NCBI RefSeq assembly: GCF_023055435.1 | Contig: NW_025964372.1 | Span: 19,406,001 to 19,470,000, forward strand | Reading direction: 5' to 3' | Source of the DNA: Haliotis rufescens | Taxonomy: Eukaryota | Length of the DNA: 64,000 nt | Part shown: piece after piece, positions 49,652-62,967 of the stretch | Layout: each line of letters starts with the position of its first letter | Numbering within the stretch: the first letter of the stretch is position 1 | The notes under the pieces: generated by a model | The model's database searches: none | What the model was told of the DNA's origin: nothing | Seen by the model: the letters and a program-made list of their open reading frames with translations, nothing else | Made by a program: the position numbers and the translations under genes

Positions 49652-52600
49652 TCACGATGACTGAGCACAATTCAATTGCCACGGTTTCCGTTTATTCGGA
49701 ACAATATTTTCAGCGAATGTCAGATTTGGAAACAAGGAGATGGCATTAGCAATTATCTTTGAAAGACCTTGTTTTACCTTGTACCATACAATCTCTGCAA
49801 CCAGTATCAGGAAACTGCAGATCAGCCCAATTCCCACAGCAAAGAACATACTCTGGATCTTGGTGAGTGACACAGCTTTAGGGAAACTCTCTACTGGACA
49901 TTTGACCTTCGGGGCAGACTGAAGCCATTCTTGAAAGGTACGCTGCAGGATACCACTGTCGCGTAGATGATACATCCTGGCAGTGACAATGATTTACATA
50001 GGATTACATCTCGAGGATTACCAAACAAAAGAACGCTAACGGTCTAATGGTACAATGCAAAGCGTTGTCAAAATACACAGAAATCATCAGATGAAAACAG
50101 GGATTCTATTTATTGATGAAAAAGAAAATGACTTGACTATCGTTTTATAGGGGCAGTCAGATGGTACGACTAGTTTATTGCATCGGGTCAACAGCTATTC
50201 CAAGCCTTGTAATATTTACATATCCATTTTACAACGATATGGCAAACCCTATAAATAGAGTAAATGTGTAAAATAGTATAAATTGTCAGACCGGTAAATA
50301 TTCATAATTTTAAATGAGGAAACGTCAAAATTAAACGTTAATGCAAGGGAATACTTCTGTGACAATTTGAAAGTAAATTCTCATTTTAATTTCGCATGGT
50401 GCGATGAGGTAATTAATTAAGTATTATTTAATTATTAATTAAATAAGTATTATGTACACTCATTATATTCGTCAATCTATTAAGTGAAGAATGATCGATT
50501 CAGACCTACGTGTTTTCCAGATCCTGTTTGAAAGGAGAAGACTTTGGAAGATGGAAGGCTGTGTAGGAATGTCCAAATTTAGTGTCGAGTACTTGTAATT
50601 TGCAATCAGCATAGCTTAAAGGGACCATTACTGTGCCCGAGATGAAAGCGTATTTTCCCTCATGGACTCTTTGCAGGTGCTTGGTGATGTTGATACCGAG
50701 TACGTCAGGATCTGTGACCGATAAGTCCCGGACTCGTTGTACGACACCCTTGATATCTGATTGCTTAGTATTCTGAAAATCATTGTGGAGTGGTCACATG
50801 TCTTAACACTAATCTAAATCTCTTGTAATGCAAATGTACAATAATGTACTTTTATGTATGTACAATAATTCGAACTGCGTTGCACATACCTATGCCTTGA
50901 ACATTGCATGTAATCTATGTTCTTATGGGAAACAATCACGTGTATAGTGTAGACCTGTCAACCGTTCCAATCGTATCAAGATGATCCATTTTCAAGCCCC
51001 GTTTTTAATGAGATATTGTAGGTATTTGTCATCCAACACTATATTAAATATACCATGTACATCGACAGAACTGAAGCGAAATGGAAATCCTATTCGTCTA
51101 CAGAATGAAGACACAGGTGACATGGATTTCAGCTTCAAGCAAGTTGATAAGGGCACTAGCACATGTACTGACCGTGAAGACCCGTGAAGAGAATAGGTCT
51201 TCAGAAACCCATGATTGCTGTAAGAAGCGACTAATGGGACCGGATGGTCGGGCTCGGTGACTTGGTTGACGCATGTCAAATAGTGGATTGCCTGGTCCAG
51301 ACCGCCGCGATATATACTAGCCACATAATGAAACTGTGCACGGAGAAAATATATTCTGGATTGAAATACAACACAGCAAGAACAAAATGATGCAGACGCT
51401 GTAGCAGCTGAATGATCGGACCATAAGAAAATGTCAACGGGACCTGAACAACAACTGTTACGATGACGTCAGAAGATCAAAATGGAGTAGGGGGTCATAC
51501 GACAAAGTCACAAAATCAATAACGGGTATGGCCACCCTGTGCGTGAATCACAGCAGTGCATCGCCGACGCATGGAGTCCACCAAATGGGCATGGAAGGCC
51601 TGGGGAATGGCCTGCCATATCCTTCTCAAATCCTGTGCCAAGTCACGGACGTTATCTGGAGGATGTGGAAGACGACGCAGACGGCGCTCCATTTCATCCC
51701 ACACAGGCTCTATTGGGGAGAGATCTTGAGAAATTGCAGGCCATGGCAGTAACATGACATTGTTATGGTGAAGGAAATCCATTGCGACCCTAGCCGTGTG
51801 AGGACGAGCGTTGTCCTGTTGAAATGTCAATCCCGGGCTATGACGTTGCAGGAAAGGAATGACCACAGGCCTCAGAATCTGATCTCTGTAGCCAACACCG
51901 GTGAGATTGCCCTGAACAACCACCAAAGGGGTTCGGTGCCGTGCTGTTATCCAACCCCAAATAATCACAGAGCCACCTCCAAAACGATTCCTCTCCACAA
52001 TACAGTTGCGTGCATAACGTTCTCCCAAACGCCGGTAGACACGTTGGCGCCCGTCACTGTGGGAAATGTTGAACCTCGATTCATCTGCAAAGACAACATT
52101 TCTCCACCATATTCGAGGTTGGCGAACATGATTTCGACACCATCTTAGACGGTTGACTCGATGACGGTGTGTCAGGATGGGAGGTATGGCAGGGCGTCGT
52201 GGTCGAATCCCGTACTGACGTAAACGATTCCTGACAGTGTTGGGATGGATACGGCGCAGTCCAGGAATTGTCTGGGACGTCGTTCCTGCCGTTTGGAACC
52301 TGTGTCGGAGATGTGTAACCCGAATCCATCTGTCCTGTCTTGGCGTCGTTACTCGGGGACGTCCTGAACGTGGGTGGTCGGCAACGTGATTAGTGTTCTG
52401 ATAACGCCTCACCAATGCCGATATCGTGTTACGATGGCATTGGACATGTGTTGCCACCTGTTGTTGCCTCATTCCCGCTCGGATCATTCCAATGGCTTCA
52501 TGACGCTGTGCAGCTGTCAATCTTGGCATGATTTGCTTGTGATATGCTTGTGTCTGCGCCTGAGAAGTTTTGAATTTTTGAATGACCACAGATCACGCTT

Positions 52601-55600
52601 TCCAAAGTGACAGCGAATTTTGAGTTGCACATGCTGTGTACAGCTACACAGGATGCACGTGCAGTAACACATTGCACGTCCATAGGCCCCCATCAATGAC
52701 GTCATATCGCATGGCACGTGCATGAGCGTTTGAAAGTCTCCAATAATTGCTGTGTTCAAACCTATATTTCATATATGGACGGTGTGCCCTTATATCTATA
52801 TTTTCTCCGTTTCTTAATGTGGCTAGTATAGCTGGAATATTGCTGAGTGCGACGTTAAACAACAAACATACTGTGCTGAAACGTCCCACCGAAAGAGCAA
52901 GAGAGACTGAAATCCACAAGTCAAACATTGTCTTCACTGTTAGTACATGCCACTTTAACATACCCCTACAGACGAGGAATCAATACATGGCTGGGTCACG
53001 TGTTCAAATTTCCACATTGAAAACACCCTTCCTTCGTTCTATTCGTGCTTTAGTGAAAAGACTGTGCCGCAAATACTTGTGTCAATAGATGTAGGACACC
53101 GTATCTAGTTTCAAACACAGCGTTATTGGAATTAAAGTATATTTGTGGGTGAAAACGAACTGACACTTTATGTTCGATTCCACACAGTCAGCCATCCTTG
53201 AGAACTCAAGTTACATTTCAGGAGATATTGATATACGTCCATAACGAAACGTTTTTCATGGATGAATGGCCGTGTCCATTGCTATTGATAATTAGTCAAA
53301 ACATTTAAAGAAAGTGCTAATTTAAATTCCAATAAAGGAGTTATTAAAACAATGAAAGAAAGACGGGATAATATAACGGTGCCTCATATATGACCACTTG
53401 TCAAATAACGTTGACATTTTTTCTTTACCTGGAAAAGGTTTTCAGTAATGCTTGATGAATCGTAGCCTATTTTGTAGTCTTCTCTGGCTACAAGTTCAGT
53501 CAGGTTTGAAAATGGTGGCTTTTCTAATTTTATAGCAAATGTGGCCACGATGGTCCCGCAGTAGACAGCAGAGATAATGGTTGTAAACATCCACCATGCC
53601 GCAACAAAGATCCGATCCGAGTCATGTGATAAATGTCTTTCTGATCCTGTAAAAACAATTTGTTGTAGTCAAATAGATCACTTGACAAAAAACATTTGAA
53701 TCTGGAACTTGCAAACCTATCCACACCTAGAATAATACAAATATCTTCTTTCAAAATGTGGTTATCTTTTAGCATGCACTTAAAGACTATCTAATAGTAC
53801 ATGTAATGTCGAACGACATTTTGTTGTAGATGAGTACGGGAGTGTGTGAATGTTGTTGAACAGCATAATTAACAGCAATATTCGAGCTGTATGAAGGCGA
53901 TAATATCAAAAAAATAAAGAGACGGAAATGATCACCAAAGATCCACACATTCAGTGTCGAATGGCCCGTAATCAGCCAAGTCACAGAGCTTGATCATTCG
54001 ATCAATTCTACTCGATTTTTGTCACAGGAACCGGNNNNNNNNNNNNNNNNNNNNNNNNNNNNNNNNNNNNNNNNNNNNNNNNNNNNNNNNNNNNNNNNNN
54101 NNNNNNNNNNNNNNNNNNNNNNNNNNNNNNNNNNNNNNNNNNNNNNNNNNNNNNNNNNNNNNNNNNNNNNNNNNNNNNNNNNNNNNNNNNNNNNNNNNNN
54201 NNNNNNNNNNNNTCCACAATAAAAGTTTCATCAATTGAATATTTCAATCTTTTTTGCTTCACACATTATGTTTGATAAATTTAATAAAAACATAAGAAAT
54301 ATCTGCTAAACGCAGTGTACGAATCACAGTGGTTTACTGCTTGGTTTAATAACTATATTCTTACCTTGCTTCAAGCAGGCCCCATAAAGTTCAAATGTTG
54401 TTGATGTAACAGTGTCCATGTTATTTTTGCACGATGGGCACTGTTTTTCAGTTCGCAGATTGTGGTCCACATTCTTATCCTTGGAACTCAAATGCGACTT
54501 AATGAATCTCACAGAGGACAATAAGACAGTAGAAAAAAGCAGTGACACTCCAAGCACAATAAAGACATGAGATTGGAACGGTCTGAGAAAGACCAGCAGA
54601 TGGTCCTGATCAGGCTCTTCCTTCCTGAACAATACTATGCGTTTGTTCTCAAACACGGGTGGCAAGATGAAATCCGCCACAGAGTAACGGTCGATGTGGA
54701 TTGTGATATGGTCAGCTGACAAGTCGGCCTCCTGTGTTGACGCGCCAGGATGATTACATGAAATGAGTTTGACATAACATATCATAAACATTAATATCAA
54801 CCGTAAAAAGACCTTTGATGTCAGAATCAGTGACTGCCATATGTCATGAGTAAACACATATGGAAATATATGTATTTCTGGGCATGGTATAACATATCTA
54901 GACTAGTTTTAACAAAGCTTGGTTTTCATAACGATAAGGTAGCACCTGCCCTAGTCACTGTACAATAAAGCGATAAAGCCCTTCCATGATCATACGAAAG
55001 CTCTGTTAAAGAAGAGTCCAGGGTCAAACACATGCAAAGGCAAGTCAATGGTTCACCTGAACAAATATAGGAAGATATGGTACAAGACAAAATAAGAAAT
55101 TGCATGGGACATAATTTTGGTCACCGATGCTTCAAGTGTGGAAATATCCTCCACGTGTCTACCATAAAACTTTGTAAAAGGTTTACTATGACCTTGAATG
55201 TTGTAACCCTAATCAAACGTTTGAGCAAGAGTCATGTGGTACTGATATGACGCTCTTAGTCGAGCAAGCACGATTTCACGTCAAACGTGTACCAGAGGCA
55301 TTAGCTGCTCGAATGTTGCTTGGAATATTTGGATTTTCTTAAACATTTTACTCACTTTCATAAAAGAGTTCTAAAAACAAATGAGGCATTTTCCCTAGTA
55401 TTTTCTTTTATTTCCATTTCCCTTGGGAAAATCAGTGGAGGGGAATTGGTTACTTTAATTTAATTTAATTTAATCAAATCATTGATATAGCTTAAACGTT
55501 ATTTATATCTGTTTTCAGTTTACCAATCCCAGAAGAAATTTCGATTCACACGCATAAAGAAACAGATAAGTAAGAAGGGAAACACAACTGGTGCCCTTGG

Positions 55601-58600
55601 GGATGCCTACTTATTGGCTAAATGTCCTATCCTCACATTTCAGATAGATGTTATTTATCAGGAAGTCCAACATGTCACATATTACCTTCACATGAAACCG
55701 CAGATGACATTTGTTTTCACGTAAGTCAAATTGTCCTGACCCTTTGAAGATAGAGATGACGAGTTCCATAAGGATCAACAGAGGCACTGGATATACATCC
55801 ACTTCCCTAGCAGGAATATCTGCCTAACAGAAGTACTGGATATACATCTACTTCTCTAGCAGGGATATCTGCCTAACAGAAGTACTGGATATACATCTAC
55901 TTCCCTAGCAGGGATATCTGCCTAACAGAAGTACTGAATATACATCCTCTTCCCTAGCAGGGATATCTGCCTAACAGAAGTACTGGATATACATCTACTT
56001 CCCTAGCAGGGATATCTGCCTAACAGAAGTACTGGACATACATCTACTTCCCTAGCAGGGATATCTGCCTAACAGAAGTACTGAATATACATCTTCTTCC
56101 CTAGCAGGGATATCTGCCTAACAGAAGTACTGGATATACATCTACTTCCCTAGCAGGGATATCTGCCTAACAGAAGTACTGGACATACATCTACTTCCCT
56201 AGCAGGGATATCTGCCTAACAGAAGTACTGAATATACATCTTCTTCCCTAGCAGGGATATCTGCCCAACAGAAGTACTGGATATACATCCACGTCCCTCG
56301 CTGGGATATCTGCCTAACAGAAGTACTGGATATACATCTACTTCCCTAGCAGGGATATCTGCCCAACAGAAGTACTGGATATACATCCACGTCCCTCGCT
56401 GGGATATCTGCCTAACAGAAGTACTGGATATACATCCACTTCCCTAGCAGGGATATCTGCCCAACAGAAGTACTGGATATACATCTTCTTCCCTAGCAGG
56501 GATATCTGCCTAACAGAAGTACTGGATATACATCTACTTCCCTAGCAGGGATATCTGCCTAACAGAAGTACTGGATATACATCCACGTCCCTCGCTGGGA
56601 TATCTGCCTAACAGAAGTACTGGATATACATCCACGTCCCTCGCTGGGATATCTGCCTAACAGAAGTACTGGATATACATCCACTTCCCTAGCAGGGATA
56701 TCTGCCTAACAGAAGTACTGGATATACATCCACTTCCCTAGCAGGGATATCTGCCCAACAGAAGTACTGGATATACATCTTCTTCCCTAGCAGGGATATC
56801 TGCCTAACAGAAGTACTGGATATACATCTTCTTCCCTAGCAGGGATATCTGCCTAACAGAAGTACAGGATATACATCCACTTCCCTAGCAGGGATATCTG
56901 CCCAACAGAAGTACTGGATATACATCTTCTTCCCTAGCAGGGATATCTGCCTAACAGAAGTACTGGATATATACCTACTTCCCTAGCAGGGATATCTGCC
57001 TAACAGAAGTACAGGATATACATCTACTTCCCTAGCAGGGATATCTGCCTAACAGAAGTACTGGATATACATCCACGTCCCTCGCTGGGATATCTGCCTA
57101 ACAGAAGTACTGGATATACATCCACTTCCCTAGCAGGGATATCTGCCTAACAGAAGTACTGGATATACATCTACTTCCCTAGCAGGGATATCTGCCTAAC
57201 AGAAGTACTGGACATACATCCACTTCCCTAGCAGGGATATCTGCCCAACAGAAGTACTGGATATACATCTTCTTCCCTAGCAGGGATATCTGCCCAACAG
57301 AAGTACAGGATATACATCTTCTTCCCTAGCAGGGATATCTGCCTAACAGAAGTACAGGATATACATCTACTTCCCTAGCAGGGATATCTGCCTAACAGAA
57401 GTACTGGACATACATCCACTTCCCTAGCAGGGATATCTGCCCAACAGAAGTACTGGATATACATCTACTTCCCTAGCAGGGATATCTGCCCAACAGAAGT
57501 ACTGGATATACATCTTCTTCCCTAGCAGGGATATCTGCCTAACAGAAGTACAGGATATACATCTTCTTCCCTAGCAGGGATATCTGCCTAACAGAAGTAC
57601 TGGATATATACATCTACTTCCCTAGCAGGGATATCTGCCTAACAGAAGTACAGGATATACATCTACTTCCCTAGCAGGGATATCTGCCTAACAGAAGTAC
57701 TGGATATATACCTACTTCCCTAGCAGGGATATCTGCCTAACAGAAGTACTGGATATACATCTTCTTCCCTAGCAGGGATATCTGCCTAACAGAAGTACTG
57801 GATATATACCTACTTCCCTAGCAGGGATATCTGCCTAACAGAAGTACAGGATATACATCTACTTCCCTAGCAGGGATATCTGCCTAACAGAAGTACTGGA
57901 TATATACCTACTTCCCTAGCAGGGATATCTGCCTAACAGAAGTACAGGATATACATCTACTTCCCTAGCAGGGATATCTGCCCAACAGAAGTACTGGATA
58001 TACATCTTCTTCCCTAGCAGGGATATCTGCCTAACAGAAATACTGGATATACATCTTCTTCCCTAGCAGGGATATCTGCCTAACAGAAGTACAGGTTATA
58101 CATCTTCTTCCCTAGCAGGGATATCTGCCTAACAGAAGTACTGGATATATACCTACTTCCCTAGCAGGGATATCTGCCTAACAGAAGTACAGGATATACA
58201 TCTACTTCCCTAGCAGGGATATCTGCCTAACAGAAGTACTGGACATACATCCACTTCCCTAGCAGGGATATCTGCCTAACAGAAGTACAGGATATACATC
58301 TACTTCCCTAGCAGGGATATCTGCCTAACAGAAGTACTGGATATATACCTACTTCCCTAGCAGGGATATCTGCCTAACAGAAGTACTGGATATACATCTT
58401 CTTCCCTAGCAGGGATATCTGCCTAACAGAAGTACTGGATATATACCTACTTCCCTAGCAGGGATATCTGCCTAACAGAAGTACAGGATATACATCTACT
58501 TCCCTAGCAGGGATATCTGCCTAACAGAAGTACTGGATATATACCTACTTCCCTAGCAGGGATATCTGCCTAACAGAAGTACAGGATATACATCTACTTC

Positions 58601-61600
58601 CCTAGCAGGGATATCTGCCTAACAGAAGTACTGGACATACATCCACTTCCCTAGCAGGGATATCTGCCTAACAGAAGTACAGGATATACATCTACTTCCC
58701 TAGCAGGGATATCTGCCTAACAGAAGTACTGGACATACATCCACTTCCCTAGCAGGGATATCTGCCTAACAGAAGTACAGGATATACATCTTCTTCCCTA
58801 GCAGGGATATCTGCCTAACAGAAGTACTGGATATATACCTACTTCCCTAGCAGGGATATCTGCCTAACAGAAGTACAGGATATACATCTTCTTCCCTAGC
58901 AGGGATATCTGCCTAACAGAAGTACTGAATATACACCCTCTTCCCTAGCAGGGATATCTGCCTAACAGAAGTACTGGATATACATCTACTTCCCTAGCAG
59001 GGATATCTGCCTAACAGAAGTACTGGATATACATCCACTTCCCTAGCAGGGATATCTGCCTAACAGAAGTACTGGATATACATCTTCTTCCCTAGCAGGG
59101 ATATCTGCCCAACAGAAGTACAGGATATACATCTTCTTCCCTAGCAGGGATATCTGCCTAACAGAAGTACAGGATATACATCTTCTTCCCTAGCAGGGAT
59201 ATCTGCCTAACAGAAGTACTGGACATACATCTTCTTCCCTAGCAGGGATATCTGCCTAACAGAAGTACTGGACATACATCCACTTCCCTAGCAGGGATAT
59301 CTGCCTAACAGAAGTACAGGATATACATCTTCTTCCCTAGCAGGGATATCTGCCCAACAGAAGTACTGGATATACATCTACTTCCCTAGCAGGGATATCT
59401 GCCCAACAGAAGTACTGGATATACATCTTCTTCCCTAGCAGGGATATCTGCCTAACAGAAGTACAGGATATACATCTTCTTCCCTAGCAGGGATATCTGC
59501 CTAACAGAAGTACTGGATATACATCCACGTCCCTCGCTGGGAGTTTTGTCGTATGGGACAGTGGTATGGAATGTTGAAAAATAAAATGTTTTGATACAAA
59601 TTAACATGTTTTTTTCTGATATAGCCAAGAAATATTGATTGCACTAAGACATTTATGAAATATATTTAATATCTTGTTGGATAACTGCAGTATGAACGCT
59701 TTGAACTGTTAAGATCAGTTAAAATCATTCACACAAGAATTTAACCTGCACGGTTCTAAGCGTTCATACTCAAGGAAACCAACACAATATGAAATTCATA
59801 TCTTTTTGTGGCGGGTGCCTCCGTTGGGGCAGGATACGCTCACCTTTTCGCGAACGACTGGTATCATCATGATATACTAGTTGTCGCAATCGTACTATCA
59901 ACTCTGCTTTATGCAGAGATTTCTATTGGACATGGAAAGGGTTATGCTCATCTTATTTATTGGCATATGCTTCGACAGCATCCATAATGATTTAAAAGTT
60001 GTGATCCCAATTGTAGGAAGGCTGCTCGTGATAGTTTGGTCCATATTTGAATAACAATATTTTGAAGTTAAAGGGATGCCAATATTGCTGTTACAAAGTT
60101 ACAATGGAATGCAGTGACCCAATTGCGGGTATATTTGTCATGCTTCCGCAAAACAAAGTTCCAGTACCATAAATAAAAACATAACTCATTAATAATCACC
60201 CAGAGTTATTTTTGTTAAGTTCACATCAGAAAAGACTTAAAGTCAACAAATGTTATTTGTTAACGTTTTGTTGGATTCGTGAGCGTAAAATCATAACGAT
60301 TTGTTTGCGCTTGTTCACCCACAACTGCGCATGACTACTAGTGTATGAATAACATTAAAAATGGAAACTGCGAGAAATGACGGCCACTTTTAAAACACGT
60401 GATGGACTATAGGGGACTTGGATTTTCACATTGAATTACAGTTGCTAAATATTCCTCGTGACATTATCCCACTTTTTGGGTCTGCAATGTTTGACGTTAA
60501 CTGGGATTGGGATGACATTGCCAGGTTTGGTAGTTTTCTAACTCAACAGTGTCACTGGAGGGGACCATGAAAGGTCAGAAGGTCGTCGCGATATTGAAAA
60601 TATACTGGAGGATGTGCCCTGAGCGGGGAAACTTGAAACAGGCTTGTCGCAAGCTGTGATTCAACATTTTACTGAGTTCCTGATTATGTTCGCCAGTACA
60701 GCCCCGAGTGTAACTTGCCTCATGTCCTTGATGTGCCCAAGTTCGACATTAGCGTCAATCAGTGCTTGGTTAGTAGTGGCCCTTACACAATGAGAGGTAC
60801 ATACGCAACCTAAGTTTGCTTCTTTGGATTTTGTGTTTATTATTGAACGGAGCTGCCGCTGGGGATTCCTCATGAAAAGAAGTTCCGGTCTAATATCTTG
60901 TAAACGTCAAAAGGTGAAATTTGAAGATTGGAGTTGTAGATTGGAGTGTTGGTTTTGAAGAATGGACGGGTCACGTGAATACCAAAAAAGCCATTTACAT
61001 CACCGGAAAACCCATCAAAACTTCACAATAATAATATATTCTATATAACCTACTGTATCACCAACCTATTACATATTGCCTATACCATGCATACTGGTCT
61101 GTCTCTACTTACCCTTCTCTGCAACATGCCGAGCACTCCTGTCCACGAACCATTCTTGTTCTTGCCCCATACACCTTCTCTTGGCGAGATGACCTCATAA
61201 CTGTTATACGTAATAATAATAATTATATTGCTTGTTCAGAAGGTTAGAAATTGCATTTAATGCTTCTGTGAGCAGCCTGTTATATTTTCAAATAATACAA
61301 TAAGAGAGAACCAGGAAGCACTAATGTGGGTCCAATAAATGACAACATAGTGGAGTATACTTAAATCGTCAAGATTGGCTCCCACAGGGGTACCGATTAT
61401 ATGCGAATAAAACTATTTTCACTGAAGAATATTTCATAACTGTTTCTGTTTTATATGTTTAAATCAAACCCAAAAGATCAAAGAAGTCAACATTCATTCT
61501 TAATGAAGCAAAATTACTTGGCATAGGTCTTTATTTGAATCCTTTTGAATTATATAAAGAGGTATTCTAGTGAGAATCATTTTGAATGAATTAAGCAAAC

Positions 61601-62967
61601 ATTTTACGAAAAGTCGATAAAAAACGTTTCATGTTGCAAAATGGGAAATAGGAGCAGTACTGCATATGCTGGTTTTACTGAGATACCACATTGCAGATTA
61701 ATATGGATGCCCCACTCGGAGCCAAACAGACTTTGTTTTATCCACTTAATTCCGAGCGTCAAGCAGGATAACAACACTTAACACATTGAAACTTCTTTTG
61801 GAATTGTTATGGGTAGGTATATGACGTATATACATCCACTTCCCTCGGAGAGATATCTGCCTAACAAAACCACTTCAACCAAACAACATTTGGGCAAGAA
61901 AGAGTATGTACGTCAAAAGTTGTGACATGTAGACACAAAAGGCAAGAACCGATGGAGTATGAGTATGAAACTGAGTATTGTCATACAATACGTGGGGATA
62001 GTTTTTTTTGTCTCTCTGAATCTTTATGCATAGACCTAAATATTAAACACATGAGGCGGTTTCACTACTTTTTCTTTTATTTATTTCACACATTTCCTTC
62101 TCAGGAAACCTTTCAATTTTTGACAAATTTTCCCGAACCTTTTAAGATAGAGAATTAACTTTACGTCTATGGACAACGTCTACAACGTGATATAGCGTGC
62201 AGAGACAAATGCCCTAATAGATCATGGAACGAATTTTTCACCGCAGGTTTGTTATTAGACAAGGTGGTTTGCAAAGTTGAAAAATTGAATGTTTTGACAT
62301 AATTTCAAACAAATCCTTGAGCCTTCAAGAATCCACATGGTATTAATTCCACTACATACGTTTTTGTGAACATAAAGGAAGTCCTTTCTTGATGTTATTG
62401 TTATTGTGGATCATGGTCAATCTTGGTGATGGCGATTTGGTAATGCATTTGTTAGACTCGGCAAAATATTTCTCCTTGCATGAACTCCTACGGAGGCAAT
62501 GAATCCATTACGAAAGACAAATTGACACATCTAAATGTTTCAGAGTCAAACCATGTCTATAAGGCTGACATTGTGGTTTCAAAACATAGCCACTATTAGG
62601 ATGAACTACTATTTTTTAATGATGTCAGTACTTTATCAATGCAGCATAAGTTCTTTTGCAGGGTCTATTATTGCATGAAACAGATTCCCCATTTTCCATT
62701 TCTGTCTGTAATGTATGCATGTCGAAATGCATACATTCAGTTCTAAGATTAAAATTGCGGAGATATATCACATTGCACCTTGTTTTTTTTCATATCGGAG
62801 TCTCACATATGTTTTAAGGTAAGATTGTGTGCAGCAACTTACATATGTCCAAAGGATAAAGTTCACCTGAAATTAAGATTGACTGCCAACATCTGCAATA
62901 TTTTGAGTGACAAGCTGGACACCTTCCGCTTGTTGACAATCTCGTAGCCATAGTTCCATGGATGAGT
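49652..62967 (-). CDS. Divergent ionotropic glutamate receptor / IR-type receptor, 3' six exons (5' part outside window)
   Basis: Exons 62967-62867, 61200-61113, 54731-54365, 53646-53429, 50772-50510 and 49976-49652, all in phase. ILQMLAVNLNFSY, WGKNKNGSWTGVLGMLQRREADL, IDRYSVADF, FLRPF+M1, pore FELYGACLKQG, M3 WWMFTTIISAVYCGTIVATF, GKYAFI, LPKSSPFK, LRDSGIL, M4 IQSMFFAVGIGLICSFLILVAEI. Confidence 0.9.
51315..52828 (-). mobile_element. Full-length Tc1-family DNA transposon in an IR intron, inserted into a family B element
   Basis: TA TSDs (51313-14 and 52829-30); TIRs TACTAGCCACAT(A/T)A(T/A)GAAAC...GGAGAAAATATA. The host element continues seamlessly across it (accgccgcga TA | gctggaatattgctgag). 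Confidence 0.93.
51516..52529 (-). CDS. Tc1 transposase, DD34E (337 aa)
   Basis: MPRLT start, HTH region and GRPR, FADESRF, QQDNARPH, SQDLSPIE (34 residues between D and E), GGHTRY*. Confidence 0.92.
   Translation of the reverse strand: MPRLTAAQRHEAIGMIRAGMRQQQVATHVQCHRNTISALVRRYQNTNHVADHPRSGRPRVTTPRQDRWIRVTHLRHRFQTAGTTSQTIPGLRRIHPNTVRNRLRQYGIRPRRPAIPPILTHRHRVNRLRWCRNHVRQPRIWWRNVVFADESRFNISHSDGRQRVYRRLGERYARNCIVERNRFGGGSVIIWGWITARHRTPLVVVQGNLTGVGYRDQILRPVVIPFLQRHSPGLTFQQDNARPHTARVAMDFLHHNNVMLLPWPAISQDLSPIEPVWDEMERRLRRLPHPPDNVRDLAQDLRRIWQAIPQAFHAHLVDSMRRRCTAVIHAQGGHTRY
54035..54212. other. Assembly gap (178 N) within an IR intron
   Basis: Run of N. Confidence 1.
55150..59760 (-). mobile_element. 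Decayed Penelope-like element split by a satellite
   Basis: Right flank reads IKTFYFSTFHTTVPYDK. Left flank reads LMELVISIF...ICDMLDFLINNIY...FSQ.VGIPKGTSCVP, then PSNI...RACS...KFYGRH. Confidence 0.7.
55777..59541. repeat. 49-bp satellite, about 77 copies
   Basis: Unit CTAACAGAAGTACTGGATATACATCTACTTCCCTAGCAGGGATATCTGC; aacag recurs at 55826 and 55875. Confidence 0.98.
60600..60990 (-). pseudogene. Crypton-type tyrosine recombinase remnant
   Basis: SKEANLGCVCTSHCVRATTNQALIDANVELGHI resembles the S..A.L...YTNHCVRAT....L...G.E.RHI (HxxR) region of Crypton tyrosine recombinases. Confidence 0.5.

Noticed and set aside
52530-52589. 20-aa N-terminal extension of the Tc1 ORF
   Set aside because: Starts at GTG; Tc1 transposases begin at the MPRL-type ATG (52529).
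53990-54262. ORFs containing X runs
   Set aside because: Artefacts of the N gap.
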